A stretch of 64,000 bases of DNA from an uncultured bacterium (GTDB lineage: Bacteria > Chloroflexota > UBA5177 > JANWHV01). The notes under the pieces are model-generated. The model saw only the letters and a program-made list of their open reading frames with translations, did not search any database and was not told the origin of the DNA. Positions 30,620 to 40,090 of the stretch are shown piece after piece. A program made the translations under genes and the position numbers. Positions within the stretch are counted from its first letter, which is position 1; the number at the start of each line of letters is the position of its first letter. Location: assembly GCA_963729625.1 (NCBI GenBank), contig CAVSOU010000011.1:512001-576000 (forward strand), read 5' to 3'.

Positions 30620-30981
30620 GGACCCACTTGTCCTATGTGCACCTGGTGAGCCCCTGCCGAAGCCTACAGCAGCACTGCCGCGCACCGTAGGAAGCAGCCT
30701 GTTCAGCACGGGCTTCTATTCCATTGGGTGCGAATTCGTATACCGGATGGGTGTTTCGCCTTGATTCGCCCGCCGACTACGATAGGTACGATCGGCGAGG
30801 TGCGGAGCATCGCGCGGTCAAACAGTCGCGGCTGCTATCGGCGAACGCCGCATATGGTGCATTGCGTACACCTTCGTCTCCGAATACGCGCTCTTCTTTG
30901 CTTCGTCAAGGATCGCGCGATCTTGCGCGTGGCTTGTGACGCGATCGGCGACGACCACCGCGAGTAGTGATTGAGTGAGTA

Positions 30982-32607
30982 ATGAGTGCGGTAGCCACTG
31001 CAGTCCTGGGAGCACGCGGGGTTCCAGCATCCGCCGTCGTGCGTCGCGAGGTGGCGCACGCGCAGGGCGGTGTCTGGGATCGGTCGGCGTTGCTGGCAGC
31101 CATGCTGGCGGCCCTCGCCGGCACAATCGCGCTGGTGTGGTCGTTCAGGAGCGACTGGATCCTCATATACAGCGACGCCATCTCGCATCTGAATATTGCC
31201 CGCCGCGTGCTCGACAATCGCACGCCCGGTATAGCGCAACTCGGCACCGTGTGGCTGCCGCTGCCTCACGTGCTGATGCAACCGTTCGTCGCCAATTCCA
31301 CTCTCTGGGGCGACGGCCTTGCTGGCAGCTTCGTGGGATTGCCGTGTTTCGTCGTCGCGGCGACGATGGTGTTCCAGACCACCAGGCTGGTTGTGCAGCG
31401 CGAGGCTGCCGCGTGGGTGGCGTTACTGGTGTTCATCACCAATCCTAACGTCCTGTACCTGCAGACTACCGCGCTGACCGAACCTGTGCTACTGATGACG
31501 CTCACAACCTCGACCTACTATCTCGTGCGCTGGAGCCGGATGGAATCCAACGCTGACTTGGTCAAGGCGGCGTTCTTCGCCTCGCTCGCCGTCGGAAGCC
31601 GGTATGACGGCTGGTTCTTTTCCATTGCCTGCGGCGGGCTTGTGCTGTTCAGCACGCACCTTCGGTGGCGCGACGTGGATCGGACCGAAGGCACGACGCT
31701 CGCGTACCTGACGCTGCCGGTATTCGCCATGGGCTGCTGGGTGTTCTATAACTGGCTCATTTTCGGCGATCCGCTGGCATTCCAACATGGTAGGTACTCT
31801 GCTGCCTACCAGCAGAGCCAGTACGCCGCGGCAGGGTTGCTGCCCACCAAAGGGCACCTGTTGGTCGCCCTCCAGGCGTACAGCGGTGCCGTCCTCCTCG
31901 ATTTGGGCAGCATCGTTACCGTGCTCGGTGCGACTGGGCTGATCATCTACATCGCCCAGAACAGGCTGCGGCCACAGTCGTTCGCTATTTACTCATACCT
32001 CTCGGCATATGTGTTTAACGTGATCGCGCTCTTTCTCGGCCAGACGATCATCGCGACGCCGCTGTCTCATCCGGCCGGCTATTTCAACACCAGATATGGG
32101 CTCGTGGCGCTTCCGGCAGCCGCGTTTATGTCGGGGTACGCCGTGGATTTCTTTATTCGACGGTATCGGCTCCTGCTAAGCGGAACGGTTCTCGCCGGCT
32201 TGCTGGTGGTCCAGGCAGCCCTGTGGGCGCCTGCGTGGCCGATGCGCGTCGTGTCGATCGCTGACGGCCTGGATCAGACCTCCGCAGCGAGCGCACCGCT
32301 TGCCTCAGCCCACTGGCTGCGCGCGCACTACCATGGCGGTGGGATTCTCTACAACGATGCCCATTCGCAGTTCATCGCCGTGGCCGGCATCAACATGGGC
32401 GAGTATTATCTCATCGGTCCTCAGCAGACCGCCGCGCTCGCAGATCCGGCCCACTACGCGAAGTGGATGGTCCTTGAAGGCAAGAACTCAACAGACCCGG
32501 TGGACACGGCGCTGTGGGGCACGCCCTATCTTCGACGACACTACACCCTGCAGTTCTCGGCTTCCGGCTATGAGATATATCTGCGCATTGGAGGAGCGAC
32601 GAAATAG
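30982..32607 (+). CDS. polytopic GT-C fold glycosyltransferase (ArnT/PMT-like)
   Basis: YSDAISHLNIARRVLDNRTPGIAQLGTVWLPLPH, NPNVLYLQTTALTEP, RYDGW, RYGL; many TM helices. Confidence 0.82.
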   Translation: MSAVATAVLGARGVPASAVVRREVAHAQGGVWDRSALLAAMLAALAGTIALVWSFRSDWILIYSDAISHLNIARRVLDNRTPGIAQLGTVWLPLPHVLMQPFVANSTLWGDGLAGSFVGLPCFVVAATMVFQTTRLVVQREAAAWVALLVFITNPNVLYLQTTALTEPVLLMTLTTSTYYLVRWSRMESNADLVKAAFFASLAVGSRYDGWFFSIACGGLVLFSTHLRWRDVDRTEGTTLAYLTLPVFAMGCWVFYNWLIFGDPLAFQHGRYSAAYQQSQYAAAGLLPTKGHLLVALQAYSGAVLLDLGSIVTVLGATGLIIYIAQNRLRPQSFAIYSYLSAYVFNVIALFLGQTIIATPLSHPAGYFNTRYGLVALPAAAFMSGYAVDFFIRRYRLLLSGTVLAGLLVVQAALWAPAWPMRVVSIADGLDQTSAASAPLASAHWLRAHYHGGGILYNDAHSQFIAVAGINMGEYYLIGPQQTAALADPAHYAKWMVLEGKNSTDPVDTALWGTPYLRRHYTLQFSASGYEIYLRIGGATK

Positions 32608-32673
32608 AGCCGGCGAACGGTGCTCTCTGGAGGGCCTCGCGCGACACTCGCGTTTCGTCCGACCAATCGATAC

Positions 32674-32709
32674 GGTACAGTCGCCGCGGCGCTGCGGCGA
32701 CCGTACTGT
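32674..32709. terminator. GC-rich stem-loop between the GT gene and the large surface protein gene
   Basis: CGGTACAGTCGCCGC...GCGGCGACCGTACTG. Confidence 0.45.
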
Positions 32710-32787
32710 CATTTCCAGCTGATTCGAGCGCAAGAGTGGGCGCCGCGGCGCTGAACGCGATGCGCGATACGAATACAAGTTCTTGCG

Positions 32788-35700
32788 ATGGAGTCCACAA
32801 TGCAGCGCTCGAGCCGTAGCCTTCCATTTAGCCGTGCCCTTGCCGTAGCCGCGATAGTAGCGGCCCCGCTCTTGACGACGGCGGGCGATTGGCCGACCTA
32901 TCTGCATGACGCGAGCCGCAGTGCGGCCAGTCTGGGCGAGACGACGCTCTCGACGGCCAACGCCGGCCAGCTGGTCGAACACTGGGCGTACAAGACCGGG
33001 GGCATGATCGCGGCGTCGCCGACGGTGGTGGGCAACACGGTGTACGTGGGCGCCTGGGACGGCTACGAGTACGCGCTGAACGCCACGACCGGCGCCCTGG
33101 AGTGGAAGACCTTCCTGGGCATCACGGGACCGTACGCCACCTGCAATCCGCCATCGGCAGGGGTCACCTCGGGCGCGGCGGTGGTGAATGGGGTAGTGTA
33201 CGTGGGCGGCGGCGACCACACCGGTGGCACGAACACCTCCTTCTATGCGCTCGACGCCGGCAGCGGCGCCATCCTGTGGACGGTGAATACGGGGGATGGC
33301 AGCGCCGCGGGCGGGCACTACGACTGGGCCTCGCCGCTGATTGTCGGCAACTACGCCTACGTGGGCATTGCCAGCTTCGGCGATTGCCCGCTGGTGCAGG
33401 GCCAGTTGCTGAAAGTGGACCTCACGGCGCACACCGTCGTGGCCACGGCGAACCTGGTGTCGAACGGTGAGCTGGGCGCTGGGGTGTGGACGTCGCCCAC
33501 CTACGACGCGGCCACCAACACGGTCTACGTGACCACCGGCACGAAGTTCGCCACGGACCAGACGATGTCGCAGGCGGTGGTGGCGCTGGCGGGGACGGAC
33601 CTGACGATCGAGAGTGCCTGGCAGATCCCGGAGGACCAGGCGCTGAGCGACGCGGACTTTGGCACCACGCCGATCCTGGTGACCGACAGTGGCGGGCACC
33701 GGCTGGTGGTGGCGATGAACAAGAACGGCTATCTGTACGCCTTCAGCCAGCCGGCCAGCGCGACCACGGCCATCGACCTGGCGGCGGGACCGACGTGGGA
33801 GGAACAGCTGGACCCGGGCGGGTCCAACCCGTCGGCGGGGGACGGCACGGTGTCCAGCGCCGCCTTCGCCAACGGCACGCTGTACCAGGCGAGCGGCAAT
33901 ATCGTGGTGAACGGGGTGGGCTACGGCGGCGCGGTGAGCGCGATCAATCCGGCGAACGGGGCCATCGCATGGCAGCACCCGACCGCCTACCCCATCGTGC
34001 CGGCCATTGCCTACGGCAACGGGTTCATCGTGGACGGGGAGGGGCCGACGGTGGAGGTGCTCGACGCCGGCACCGGCACCCGACTGTACAGCTACACGAC
34101 CGGGGCGCCGCTCTACGGGCCGCCGGTGGTGGCCAACGGGCAGATCGTGATCGGCGGCACCGACCACAGCGTCTACGCGTTCGGGCTGCCGGCCAGCACG
34201 CCCCCGACCCCGCCCGCGGATGGGAACTGCCCGAGCGGCTGGACCTGCCAGGACGTCGGCTCGCCGGCGCCGGCGGGCTCGGAGTCGGTGGTGAGCGGCG
34301 CCTGGACCGTGCTCGCGGGCGGCGGCGGTCTGGCCGGCGCTGCGGATGCCTTCCGATTGCTGACCGAACCGGCTACCGGTGACGCGCAGGTCACGGCCAG
34401 GATACCCGCGCTGCCCACCGGCACGAGCAACGCCCTGGCCGGTCTGATCGTGCGACAGAGCAACGACCCCGCAGCACCGTACTACGCGGCATTCATGGCG
34501 GCGTCGGGCACGCTCGTCGTGCAGTATCGCGCCACGCCCGGGGCGGCTCCGGCCATAGTGACCCAGCAGGCCCGATCGGCGCCGGTCTATCTCGAGATAC
34601 AGCGGGTAGGCGACCACTTCTCCGCCGCGACGTCCACCGACGGCTCCAGCTATGCGCTGGTGCCGGGTACGACCGTTACGGCAGCCATGCCGGCCACGGT
34701 GCTGGCGGGGCTGGCCGCCGGAGCCGGATTGGGCGCGAACGGCGCCGCTGCCACCGCCACGTTCAGCCAGGTGGTCGTCGGTCCCCGCACGAACGCGCCC
34801 GCTGCCGCGTCCGGGGGCACCTGCCCGAGCGGCTGGACCTGCGGCGATATCGGCAATCCGTCGCAGGTCGGCACCCAGTCACTCAGCGCGGGAACCTGGA
34901 CGGTGCAGGGCGGCGGTACCTATATTGCCAACCAGTCCGACCAGTTTCACTCTGTCTGGCAAAGCCTGAACGGCGACGGCACGATGGTCGCGCGGGTAGC
35001 CAGTCAGTCAAACACGGACCCCAACGCGGAAGCGGGCATCATGTTCCGCCAGAGCACGGCGGCCGACTCGCCGATGTACGGGCTGCTGGTGACCCCGGGG
35101 AATGGGGTGGTGGCGCTCTACCGCTCGAACGGCTCGTTCAACACGCTGGGGCTGGCGTCGCCTTCCGGCACGGCGCCCGTGTACCTGAAGGTGACCCGCG
35201 TGGGCGCCGTCTTCACCGCGTACACCTCAAGCGATGGCAGTACCTGGACCGCGCTGGGGACCAGCCAGCAGATCGCGCGCTTCCCCAGCACCCTGCTGGT
35301 CGGGCTGGCCGTCAGCGCGCACAATACCGGTACCCTGGGCAGCGCGCAGTTCAGCAACGTGTCCATTACCCCGACCACCCCCCTGTTCTGCCCAGCGGGC
35401 TGGACGTGCGCGGACCTGGGCGGTCCTAACACGCAGGGCAGCGACGCGGCCAGCGGCAGCACCTGGACGGTGCAGGGCGGCGGCGGCGACATCTGGGGAG
35501 CCAGCGACCAGTTCCACTTCGACTGGCAGACCCTGCCGGCCGGGGACGGCAGCGTGAGCGCCAAGGTGGTGGCGCAGTCCAACTCGAACGGTTGGGCCAA
35601 GGCGGGTCTGATGGTCCGCAGTGCAAACACCGCGTACGCGGCGTTCTACGCTGTCCTGGTGACCCCGAGCAACGGCATCGTCGTGCAGTACCGGGGCTAC

Positions 35701-38085
35701 ACCGGCGAAGGGGCAAATGCCGTGCAGGCGGCGTCCAGCACCGGCACCGTGCCGACCTACTTGAAGGTAGCCAGGGCGGGAACCACGTATAGTGCGTACA
35801 CCGCGAGCGATGGGGTCACCTGGACGCTGCTACCCGGCTCCAGCATCACCTTGCCCGCATTTGCCGGGCCACTCCTGGCCGGCGTCGCGGTCACCGCCCA
35901 TACCGCGACCGGACTGAGCACGGTGACCTTCACCGCGGTAACTGTCGCGAGCGGCGGCGCGCCTCCACCAACGGCGACAGCCACGGTGACAAGTACGAGC
36001 GTCCCCGGAGCCACCGCTACGAGCACGCCGGTGAGCGCGAGCGGCTGCCCCGCGGGGTGGCTCTGCACGGACATCGGAGCGCCGACCGTACCCGGCTCCG
36101 AGTCGGTAGCCAACGGCACCTGGACGGTCGTCGGGGGCGGCGGCGATATCTGGGGCACCGGAGACCAGTTCCGCTTCGACTACCAACCATTGACCGGCGA
36201 CGGCAGCGTCAGCGCCCGCGTCGTGACCCAGACCGAGAGCGACCCCTGGGCCAAGGCCGGCGTCATGCTGCGCGGCAACACCGGTCCGGGTGCCGCGTTC
36301 TACGACGCTCTGGTCACGCCCGCTAACGGCATCACTATCCAGTATCGCTCGCCACAGGGCGTCGCCGCGGCCGTGCTGGCCTCGCTGGCCGGCACCGTGC
36401 CCGTATACCTGCAGGTGACGCGCACCGGCACCTCGTTCAGCGCCTATACTTCCAGCAATGGAACTACGTGGTCCCTCGTTCCAGGCTCGACCGTCACGCT
36501 GACCGGCCTCACCGGCTCGCTGCTGGCCGGCCTCGCAGTGACCGCCCACAACCTGAGCGGCTCCAGTACCGTGACCTTCACCGCGGTGAGCGTAGCAGCG
36601 GGAAGCACGCCCACGCCCACCGCACCACTCACCGCTACGTCTACGCCGCTACCGGCGACACAGACGGCGACAGCCACGGTGACAAGTACGAGCGTCCCCG
36701 GAGCCACCGCTACGAGCACGCCGGTGAGCGCGAGCGGCTGCCCCGCGGGGTGGCTCTGCACGGACATCGGAGCGCCGACCGTACCCGGCTCCGAGTCGGT
36801 AGCCAACGGCACCTGGACGGTCGTCGGGGGCGGCGGCGATATCTGGGGCACCGGAGACCAGTTCCGCTTCGACTACCAACCATTGACCGGCGACGGCAGC
36901 GTCAGCGCCCGCGTCGTGACCCAGACCGAGAGCGACCCCTGGGCCAAGGCCGGCGTCATGCTGCGCGGCAACACCGGTCCGGGTGCCGCGTTCTACGACG
37001 CTCTGGTCACGCCCGCTAACGGCATCACTATCCAGTATCGCTCGCCACAGGGCGTCGCCGCGGCCGTGCTGGCCTCGCTGGCCGGCACCGTGCCCGTATA
37101 CCTGCAGGTGACGCGCACCGGCACCTCGTTCAGCGCCTATACTTCCAGCAATGGAACTACGTGGTCCCTCGTTCCAGGCTCGACCGTCATGCTGACCGGC
37201 CTCACCGGCTCGCTGCTCGCCGGCCTCGCAGTGACCGCCCACAGCCTGAGCGGCTCCAGTACCGTGACCTTCACCGCGGTGAGCGTAGCAGCGGGAAGCA
37301 CGCCCACGCCCACCGCACCACTCACCGCTACGTCTACGCCGCTACCGGCGACACAGACGGCGACGGCAACCGCCACCCAGACTGCGACGCCCACGAGCAC
37401 GCAGACGGCAGTGGCCACCAGCACATCGTCAGCGACGGCCACGAACACACATGTGCCGACCACAACGGCTGTTCCGACGAGCACAAGCGCACCCACAGCA
37501 ACGAACACCAGCACGCCGGTGGCCGTGGCCGGCTGCCCCGCGGGGTGGCTCTGCACGGACATCGGAGCGCCGACCGTACCCGGCTCCGAGTCGGTAGCCA
37601 ACGGCACCTGGACGGTCGTCGGGGGCGGCGGCGATATCTGGGGCACCGGAGACCAGTTCCGCTTCGACTACCAACCATTGACCGGCGACGGCAGCGTCAG
37701 CGCCCGCGTCGTGACCCAGACCGAGAGCGACCCCTGGGCCAAGGCCGGCGTCATGCTGCGCGGCAACACCGGTCCGGGTGCCGCGTTCTACGACGCTCTG
37801 GTCACGCCCGCTAACGGCATCACTATCCAGTATCGCTCGCCACAGGGCGTCGCCGCGGCCGTGCTGGCCTCGCTGGCCGGCACCGTGCCCGTATACCTGC
37901 AGGTGACGCGCACCGGCACCTCGTTCAGCGCCTATACTTCCAGCAATGGAACTACGTGGTCCCTCGTTCCAGGCTCGACCGTCACGCTGACCGGCCTCAC
38001 CGGCTCGCTGCTGGCCGGCCTCGCAGTGACCGCCCACAACCTGAGCGGCTCCAGTACCGTGACCTTCACCGCCGTACTTGCCTGA
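32788..38085 (+). CDS. large secreted protein: PQQ-type beta-propeller plus six ConA-like (DUF1349-like) domains and Thr/Pro linkers
   Basis: signal peptide; DWPTYLHD, ASPTVVGNTVYVGAWDGYEYAL, DADFGTTP; six CPxGWxCxDxG...KAGxMxR...GLAVTAH modules. Confidence 0.88.
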   Translation: MESTMQRSSRSLPFSRALAVAAIVAAPLLTTAGDWPTYLHDASRSAASLGETTLSTANAGQLVEHWAYKTGGMIAASPTVVGNTVYVGAWDGYEYALNATTGALEWKTFLGITGPYATCNPPSAGVTSGAAVVNGVVYVGGGDHTGGTNTSFYALDAGSGAILWTVNTGDGSAAGGHYDWASPLIVGNYAYVGIASFGDCPLVQGQLLKVDLTAHTVVATANLVSNGELGAGVWTSPTYDAATNTVYVTTGTKFATDQTMSQAVVALAGTDLTIESAWQIPEDQALSDADFGTTPILVTDSGGHRLVVAMNKNGYLYAFSQPASATTAIDLAAGPTWEEQLDPGGSNPSAGDGTVSSAAFANGTLYQASGNIVVNGVGYGGAVSAINPANGAIAWQHPTAYPIVPAIAYGNGFIVDGEGPTVEVLDAGTGTRLYSYTTGAPLYGPPVVANGQIVIGGTDHSVYAFGLPASTPPTPPADGNCPSGWTCQDVGSPAPAGSESVVSGAWTVLAGGGGLAGAADAFRLLTEPATGDAQVTARIPALPTGTSNALAGLIVRQSNDPAAPYYAAFMAASGTLVVQYRATPGAAPAIVTQQARSAPVYLEIQRVGDHFSAATSTDGSSYALVPGTTVTAAMPATVLAGLAAGAGLGANGAAATATFSQVVVGPRTNAPAAASGGTCPSGWTCGDIGNPSQVGTQSLSAGTWTVQGGGTYIANQSDQFHSVWQSLNGDGTMVARVASQSNTDPNAEAGIMFRQSTAADSPMYGLLVTPGNGVVALYRSNGSFNTLGLASPSGTAPVYLKVTRVGAVFTAYTSSDGSTWTALGTSQQIARFPSTLLVGLAVSAHNTGTLGSAQFSNVSITPTTPLFCPAGWTCADLGGPNTQGSDAASGSTWTVQGGGGDIWGASDQFHFDWQTLPAGDGSVSAKVVAQSNSNGWAKAGLMVRSANTAYAAFYAVLVTPSNGIVVQYRGYTGEGANAVQAASSTGTVPTYLKVARAGTTYSAYTASDGVTWTLLPGSSITLPAFAGPLLAGVAVTAHTATGLSTVTFTAVTVASGGAPPPTATATVTSTSVPGATATSTPVSASGCPAGWLCTDIGAPTVPGSESVANGTWTVVGGGGDIWGTGDQFRFDYQPLTGDGSVSARVVTQTESDPWAKAGVMLRGNTGPGAAFYDALVTPANGITIQYRSPQGVAAAVLASLAGTVPVYLQVTRTGTSFSAYTSSNGTTWSLVPGSTVTLTGLTGSLLAGLAVTAHNLSGSSTVTFTAVSVAAGSTPTPTAPLTATSTPLPATQTATATVTSTSVPGATATSTPVSASGCPAGWLCTDIGAPTVPGSESVANGTWTVVGGGGDIWGTGDQFRFDYQPLTGDGSVSARVVTQTESDPWAKAGVMLRGNTGPGAAFYDALVTPANGITIQYRSPQGVAAAVLASLAGTVPVYLQVTRTGTSFSAYTSSNGTTWSLVPGSTVMLTGLTGSLLAGLAVTAHSLSGSSTVTFTAVSVAAGSTPTPTAPLTATSTPLPATQTATATATQTATPTSTQTAVATSTSSATATNTHVPTTTAVPTSTSAPTATNTSTPVAVAGCPAGWLCTDIGAPTVPGSESVANGTWTVVGGGGDIWGTGDQFRFDYQPLTGDGSVSARVVTQTESDPWAKAGVMLRGNTGPGAAFYDALVTPANGITIQYRSPQGVAAAVLASLAGTVPVYLQVTRTGTSFSAYTSSNGTTWSLVPGSTVTLTGLTGSLLAGLAVTAHNLSGSSTVTFTAVLA
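35971..38073 (+). repeat. near-identical intragenic domain triplication (693-bp unit at 35971 and 36664; third copy 37531-38073)
   Basis: copies identical at DNA level apart from three substitutions I could find in the middle copy. Confidence 0.93.
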
Positions 38086-38090
38086 CATGT

Positions 38091-38121
38091 GGGGATACGC
38101 ATCTCGAGGATTCGTGTCCCC
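38091..38121 (+). terminator. stem-loop downstream of the large surface protein gene
   Basis: GGGGATACG...CGTGTCCCC. Confidence 0.45.
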
Positions 38122-38372
38122 GACGCAGTCTTCTGCCCGACAAGTGGGAATTCCAGCGCGGGTGAATAGCGCCGGACAACTACGCGGTCGCACGCCGTTG
38201 GACCGCCGATGCGAGAAACCGTACCGGTTGTGCGGCAGTGTTGAAGATGTTCGCTGCTGGCGGCGGCAGGCAACGCAGGGATTGTGCCTGCCTCGGCGCA
38301 TGACGAAGCCAACACGCATGGTATCCGGTGGATCGATCGATACAAGTCCGCACGCACCGGTGCCGTGGGTAC

Positions 38373-39911
38373 CTAGCTGGAAGTACTCGAATCGAGTCGA
38401 CCCGCTGGTGTTATCTCGTGTGTTTGCACATCGCCAGGGATCTGGAAGGAGAGATCCCCGTTCCGTCCGCCTAGCGCAGTGATCGACGTTGCACCGGGAA
38501 GCCTGATGGTGTACGCGTGAAACTGCCCGCTGGGATCGTACAATACGACGCTGTTCGTCTGTCCCGTGAGCCAGATGTAGTCGCCCTGAGTGGCGTCCGG
38601 GCCGCTGATTGGCGTTACCGTGTCCACCTGCCGAACGGAAACCGGCACCGCGGCTATGCCGGTCACGCTGCCGTCAAACGCGACGTGTGTGAGAACGCCC
38701 CGCTGCGTATCGAGCAGCCAGGCGCTGCCGTCGCTGCTGCAGCCCATAATAAACGACGACAAGCTGCTGCTCAAATAGTCGCCACCACATTGAGATGCAG
38801 GTGTGCTTCGCACATTCACGGACGGCATAGAGGTGATGCCGGGCCCCCCAACCACCGAGCTTCGCCAGTCCTGGTCCGGTGGCGTCGTGACAAAGGCGGC
38901 GATGCGCGAGAGCAGAGAGATGCCGACCAGCGCCGCGGCGACCGCCATCCAGGTACTGTCAAACAGCGATGCCCGATTCCTCCGGTACGCCGGCACATGC
39001 AATGCCGGCGGCGCAAGCTTGCATAACGCGGCGTGCATGTCGTGCGCCGTACTGAAACGCTCCGACGGATTGAGCGCCGTCGCCCGGGCGACGACCGCTG
39101 CCAGACCGCTCGGCACGCTGGGGTTCAGCGACTGCACGGGTGGGAATGCGAAGGGCGTGCCGAGCTCCGGATCGTACCCGGTGAGCAGCCGGTGCAACGT
39201 GACTCCAAGGGCATAGATATCGCTCTGCGGCGTAGCCAGTCCCTGGTATTGCTCTGGTGGGGCATATCCCGGAGTTCCGATAACAGTACCTACAGTATCA
39301 CGCAGGAACGAGCGCGCAATGCCGAAGTCAACCACCGCAAGCCGCCGATCCGGGGAGCTCCACATTGAGCGCAGCACTATGTTCGAAGGCTTAAGGTCGC
39401 GAAAGACCACCGGCTCCGGCAGATCGTGAAGGTACTGCAACATCTGGGAAAGCGCGATGCCCCAGCTGACCACCAGGTCGGGCTCGATCGGCCCCTGCCG
39501 CTTCACGAGATCTTCCAGATTCTCACCCGCCACGTACTCCTGGGCAATGTAGCTGCGGCCCTCTTCGCGGAAGACGCTGTAGAACACGGGAATCAAGGGA
39601 TGGCGCAACATGCTCAAGAGCGCGGACTCACGCGCAAACCAAGCCTCGGCTTCTTGCACGTCATCCTCGGATGCGCCGTCTGGGAGTCTCAGCTCCTTGA
39701 GCGCAATCTCGCGGCCATTAAGCTTCCTGTCTTCGGCCAGATAGATCACGCTCATCCCGCCGCGGTGGACTGCACGGCTGATCTGGTACCGGCCGGCCAG
39801 CAGTGTGCCGGGTTGCAGAATGCTCTGCTGCTCGCCGACGCCGAGATTCATGGAGATACAGGGCGCGGTCGCGGGATGAAACAGGCCGCAACGCTCGCAG
39901 GTTTCATGCAT
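38373..39911 (-). CDS. Hanks-type Ser/Thr protein kinase with a TM segment and extracellular tail
   Basis: GGMSVIY, IALKE, FRDLKPSN, DFG, GTPGYAPPEQ, SDIYALG; N-terminal CERC..H..C; TM WMAVAAALVGISLL. Confidence 0.93.
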   Translation of the reverse strand: MHETCERCGLFHPATAPCISMNLGVGEQQSILQPGTLLAGRYQISRAVHRGGMSVIYLAEDRKLNGREIALKELRLPDGASEDDVQEAEAWFARESALLSMLRHPLIPVFYSVFREEGRSYIAQEYVAGENLEDLVKRQGPIEPDLVVSWGIALSQMLQYLHDLPEPVVFRDLKPSNIVLRSMWSSPDRRLAVVDFGIARSFLRDTVGTVIGTPGYAPPEQYQGLATPQSDIYALGVTLHRLLTGYDPELGTPFAFPPVQSLNPSVPSGLAAVVARATALNPSERFSTAHDMHAALCKLAPPALHVPAYRRNRASLFDSTWMAVAAALVGISLLSRIAAFVTTPPDQDWRSSVVGGPGITSMPSVNVRSTPASQCGGDYLSSSLSSFIMGCSSDGSAWLLDTQRGVLTHVAFDGSVTGIAAVPVSVRQVDTVTPISGPDATQGDYIWLTGQTNSVVLYDPSGQFHAYTIRLPGATSITALGGRNGDLSFQIPGDVQTHEITPAGRLDSSTSS

Positions 39912-40090
39912 GGGGTTCCTCCCCTTGGCTGGAGAAGCGAGATGGACCGTGCAGAGACTATCTGTGTTCTAGCGTATCGCATCTCGCTGTATGGAGGAAA
40001 AGTGAGGTACGAATTTACGAATTCCGGACTTCAGACCCTTTGCCTCAATGTGCGCCAAAGGTGGCGCCCGTCGTCGGCGCGGCCCTGTAG

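Noticed and set aside
30685-30700. AGGAAGCAGCC resembling SRP RNA domain IV
   Set aside because: the matching 5' CAGG strand and GGAA tetraloop helix are absent
32488-34617. long antisense ORFs here and elsewhere (e.g. 29017..30267, 54397..55995)
   Set aside because: Arg/Gly-rich shadow frames opposite well-supported genes
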